A stretch of 42,337 bases of DNA. Source: Acutalibacteraceae bacterium. GTDB taxonomy: Bacteria; Bacillota; Clostridia; Oscillospirales; Acutalibacteraceae. The stretch lies in NCBI GenBank assembly GCA_036301785.1, contig JAXJDU010000286.1:1-42337 (forward strand), given 5' to 3'. Shown one piece after another: positions 38,925 through 42,337 of this stretch. Both the position numbers and the translations under genes were made by a program. The notes under the pieces are model-generated. The model saw nothing but the letters and a program-made list of their open reading frames with translations, was not told the origin of the DNA and searched no databases. The stretch's first letter is position 1; every line of letters begins with the position of its first letter.

Positions 38925-39947
38925 TTAATCAAACTGCTTCAAAAATCTTACATCATTTTCAAAGAATAGGCGTAAATCATCAATACCGTACTTTCTCATA
39001 CAAACTCTTTCAAGTCCGTAGCCAAGAGCAAAGCCACTGTATTCCTCTGGGTCTATGCCACCGTTTCTGAGTACATCAGGGTGTACCATACCACAGCCCA
39101 GAATTTCAATCCAGCCTTCACCCTTACACAGTCTGCAGCCCTCACCGTGACAGTTGAAGCACTGTACATCAAGCTCGGCAGATGGCTCTGTGAATGGGAA
39201 GTGGTGTGGTCTGAAACGAACAACAGTATCTTCGCCGTATAATCTCTTAACAAAGCTTTCAAGAGTACCCTTAAGGTCTGCAAATGTAATACCCTTGTCT
39301 ACTACCAAGCCCTCTAGCTGGTGGAATACAGGTGAATGTGTTGCGTCTACTGCGTCACTTCTGTAAACTCTGCCCGGAGAAATAATTCTTATTGGTGGAT
39401 TCTGCTTCTCCATTACACGAATTTGTACAGGAGAAGTCTGTGTACGAAGTACGATGTTATCTGTAATATAGAATGTATCCTGAGTATCTCTTGCTGGGTG
39501 GTCCTTTGGAATGTTAAGAGCCTCGAAGTTGTAATAATCAAGCTCAACCTCTGGTCCCTCTACAATGTCAAAGCCCATACCTACAAAGATTTCTTTAGTT
39601 TCATCAAGAACAACTGTAAGTGGATGTCTGCTACCCATTGCTACAGGCTTGCCTGGCAGAGTAACATCAATTTTTTCTTCAAGTAATTTTTTAGCCTGCT
39701 CGGCTGATTTAAGCTGTGCCACCTTTTGCTCTATAGCCTGCTCTATAGCACCTCTTATTTCGTTTGCAAGCTGACCTATAACTGGTCTTTCTTCAGCAGA
39801 AAGCTTACCCATCTGCTTTAATATGCCTGTAAGCTCACCTTTTTTACCAAGGTACTTTACACGCAATGCTTCAATATCCTGCAGTGTATCAGCTGAATTT
39901 ACAGCCTCCAGTGCTGACTGACGGATTTGCTCAAGTTGATTTTTCAT
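38925..39947 (-). CDS. pheS: Phenylalanine-tRNA ligase alpha subunit
   Basis: [43 protein letters not shown] at 39947 follows GAAAGGA. Confidence 0.98.
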   Translation of the reverse strand: MKNQLEQIRQSALEAVNSADTLQDIEALRVKYLGKKGELTGILKQMGKLSAEERPVIGQLANEIRGAIEQAIEQKVAQLKSAEQAKKLLEEKIDVTLPGKPVAMGSRHPLTVVLDETKEIFVGMGFDIVEGPEVELDYYNFEALNIPKDHPARDTQDTFYITDNIVLRTQTSPVQIRVMEKQNPPIRIISPGRVYRSDAVDATHSPVFHQLEGLVVDKGITFADLKGTLESFVKRLYGEDTVVRFRPHHFPFTEPSAELDVQCFNCHGEGCRLCKGEGWIEILGCGMVHPDVLRNGGIDPEEYSGFALGYGLERVCMRKYGIDDLRLFFENDVRFLKQFD

Positions 39948-39998
39948 TACATTCAGTCCTTTCATAGTTTATATTATAATCGTGGTGGATTATAAAAA

Positions 39999-40256
39999 CA
40001 AAAAATGCTTTCGCCCCAAACAGGGACGAAAGCACAAAATTCTCTCGCGGTACCACCCTTATTTTTGCTAAGAAGCAAACACTCCTGCGACATGTAACGG
40101 TGTCAGCCGTTTGTCCCTACTGCTTTAGTAAAGGTTCAGAACAACCACTCAAAAGCGAACTTCACACTCTGCACCCTACAAGCCTGCTTTCAGCCACGAC
40201 AGGCTCTCTCTTTGGTATGGTATTTGCACCGTGTTACTTTCTTTATCAATGTGTTT
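39999..40256 (-). ncRNA. T-box riboswitch (Phe specifier) upstream of pheST
   Basis: AGAGAG/GCTGAAA stem I apex, specifier TTC (40159-40157), T-box AAGGGTGGTACCGCG (40060-40046), terminator TGCTTTCG...CGAAAGCATTTTTT. Confidence 0.95.
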
Positions 40257-40483
40257 AAGGCGAAAATTCATTTTCTATAAATATAACACTTTAAAGGTGA
40301 AATTTCAAGACCTTTTAAAATCAAAATATGAAAATAAATAAACAAAAAATAAACAGATTATTAGTATAGTATGAAGCGTAAATATTAATAATGCTTTAAA
40401 AATTGCTGTATATGCTTGATTTAAATTGTGCAAAATGTTAAAATAATGTGTAAGATATTCAAAATGTAAGGAGATTATAAAAA

Positions 40484-41017
40484 ATGGATGCATATATAGA
40501 GCAGATTGTAAAAAACGAAAAAACAGCAAAGGACCTGCTGATTAAGGTGCTGATGATAATGAGTGTTTTTGCTATTTTAGCATTAGGTGTTATTCTTGGA
40601 TTTGCTGTAAATGGCTACTTTTTATTCTTAGCCGCAGCAGGTGCAGCGTTTGATATTTATTTCTGCTGGCTTGTTATTACTGGCTTAGACAGGGAATATG
40701 AATATGAAGTAACAAACAATAATCTGCAGATAGACAAAATTATGGCTAAACGCAGACGCAAGAAGATTCTTAGTATTGATATAAACAAAATAGAGGGCTT
40801 TGATAAGCTTAGCGAAAACAGACTGAATGCAGACCGTTGCGATAAGGTTTTACAGCTGGGTACATACGCTGATGATGATTCACAATATCGTTTTATTGTT
40901 CAGACTAATAAATATGGCAGGGTTATGGTTGTGTTTGCACCAAATCAGAAGGTGTTAAATGCCATTAAGCTTTATTTAAAGCCAGAAGTAAAAATATCCC
41001 TTATCAAGTCAAAGTAA
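40484..41017 (+). CDS. Conserved clostridial membrane protein (DUF6106-like)
   Basis: YIEQIVK, two TM helices, EYEY...L.IDKI..KRRRK pattern. Confidence 0.8.
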   Translation: MDAYIEQIVKNEKTAKDLLIKVLMIMSVFAILALGVILGFAVNGYFLFLAAAGAAFDIYFCWLVITGLDREYEYEVTNNNLQIDKIMAKRRRKKILSIDINKIEGFDKLSENRLNADRCDKVLQLGTYADDDSQYRFIVQTNKYGRVMVVFAPNQKVLNAIKLYLKPEVKISLIKSK

Positions 41018-41052
41018 TAAATTAATCGGTAAGGATATAGGAGGTTAGTTGT

Positions 41053-42337
41053 ATGAAAATATTAACTTGCGAGCAGACACGAATGCTTGAGAAAAATCAG
41101 GTGGAGCGTGGCTCAACCTATTTTCAGCTTATGAATAACGCAGGTGTGCAGGTTGGCAAGGCACTTATATCACAAATGGGAGCTACAAAAAAATCTGCTG
41201 TGGCAGTGCTGTGTGGTAAAGGCAATAATGGTGGTGACGGCTTTGTAGCAGCACAGTATCTTACATCACAGGGTATAAATGCATATGCACTGCTTGTAGA
41301 TGGTGAGCCACGCACAGAGGACAGTGTTCAGGCGTTAGAGCAAGCCGTAAGCAATGGTGTAAAGGTTGTGCGTATATGGGAGTACAGCCAGAAGGTTAAG
41401 GATATTATCTCGGTTGCTGATTATGTAATTGACGCTATTTATGGCATAGGCTTTAAGGGTGAGTTAAGCGACAATATGAGAGTACTTGCAGAGCTGGTAA
41501 ACAGTACACACAGTAAGGTGCTGGCAGTAGATATTCCAAGTGGAGTAAACTGTGATAGTGGTCTGATTAATAATACTGCGTTTAAAGCAGATGTTACAAT
41601 TTCGTTTTCTACATTAAAGCCTTGCCATGTTTTGTATCCGTCAATGGATTACTGTGGTAAAACCACTGTTGCACAGGTGGGAATAAATAAAGGACTGATT
41701 TACGACAGTCCTTGCTTTACCGAAACTATAGACGGCAGTAAGCTTGCAAGGCTTATGCCAGAGAAAAATGTTTCTGCGAATAAGGGTAGTAACGGCACAC
41801 TTTCTGTGCTGTGTGGCAGCTATGGAATGATGGGAGCAGCACAGATGTGCATAGAGGGTGCTATGCGTAGTGGAGCAGGTCTGGTAAAGGCTGTTGTACC
41901 GTCAAATCTGTACCCTATACTTGCAGGCAATATACCACAGGCTGTATTTATGCCATATGCAAGTGCAGACAGTATTGAAATGCTGGAGAAAAGCCTGCAC
42001 AAAGCAACTGCTGTTGTAGCTGGTTGTGGATTAGGCACAACACCAAAGGCAAAGGAGCTTACAGAGTACATAATACGCAACAGTACAGCCCCTATGGTGC
42101 TTGACGCTGACGCACTTAACGCTGTTGCAGATAACCTTGATATACTTACAGAGGCAAACGCTCCAATTATTATTACACCACACCCAGGAGAAATGGCAAG
42201 ACTTTTAAATACTAAGGTAGATGTTATACAGAAAAACCGTCTTACAGTAGCAGTTGAGTTTGCCAAGAGGTACGATGTAATAGTTGTGCTGAAGGGTGCT
42301 TACACAGTTGTGGCACATCCAAAGGGTAAGGTTACAA
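41053..42337 (+). CDS. nnr: Bifunctional NAD(P)H-hydrate epimerase/dehydratase, 3'-truncated by window edge
   Basis: Absent from the ORF track because it has no stop. GGAGG RBS, MKILTCEQ, CGKGNNGGDG, DAIYGIG, AVDIPSG, NKGSNG, GAGLV, VLDADAL, TPHPGEM, VLKGA. Confidence 0.95.
   Translation, partial: MKILTCEQTRMLEKNQVERGSTYFQLMNNAGVQVGKALISQMGATKKSAVAVLCGKGNNGGDGFVAAQYLTSQGINAYALLVDGEPRTEDSVQALEQAVSNGVKVVRIWEYSQKVKDIISVADYVIDAIYGIGFKGELSDNMRVLAELVNSTHSKVLAVDIPSGVNCDSGLINNTAFKADVTISFSTLKPCHVLYPSMDYCGKTTVAQVGINKGLIYDSPCFTETIDGSKLARLMPEKNVSANKGSNGTLSVLCGSYGMMGAAQMCIEGAMRSGAGLVKAVVPSNLYPILAGNIPQAVFMPYASADSIEMLEKSLHKATAVVAGCGLGTTPKAKELTEYIIRNSTAPMVLDADALNAVADNLDILTEANAPIIITPHPGEMARLLNTKVDVIQKNRLTVAVEFAKRYDVIVVLKGAYTVVAHPKGKVT

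Noticed and set aside
41820..42266. 148-aa minus ORF (also 41124..41315)
   Set aside because: Shadows of nnr, which runs off the window on the + strand.
1..42337. CRISPR array, integrase, transposase, prophage or known defence genes
   Set aside because: No regularly spaced repeats or recognisable catalytic motifs were seen.

Overview
Low-GC Firmicute (Clostridia; Oscillospiraceae/Ruminococcaceae-like by gene content, an inference) chromosomal window. Core genes: nadB (partial), nadC, tRNA-Pro(TGG), nadA, cysE, a short LeuC/LeuD-type hydro-lyase pair, ireB, pheST with a Phe T-box, and a partial nnr. An accessory-looking block (~1.8-17.4 kb) lies between nadC and the 3' end of tRNA-Pro. It carries a 2H phosphoesterase, a PadR/DUF1700/DUF4097 operon, an ABC exporter with an XRE regulator, and a sortase-dependent pilus locus whose tip protein has a catalytically dead CHAP-like domain. 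The most notable unexplained signals are: (1) an NtcA-like Crp regulator with an exact GTA-N8-TAC-N22-(-10) activated promoter facing the leuCD-like genes; (2) a structured three-way-junction leader in front of nadA; (3) two candidate small transcription units at 23.95-24.49 kb; (4) an array of paralogous membrane proteins ending in a start-less C-terminal cassette; (5) a ~385-bp nested-palindrome element. All calls are from reading the sequence by eye; no database searches were run.
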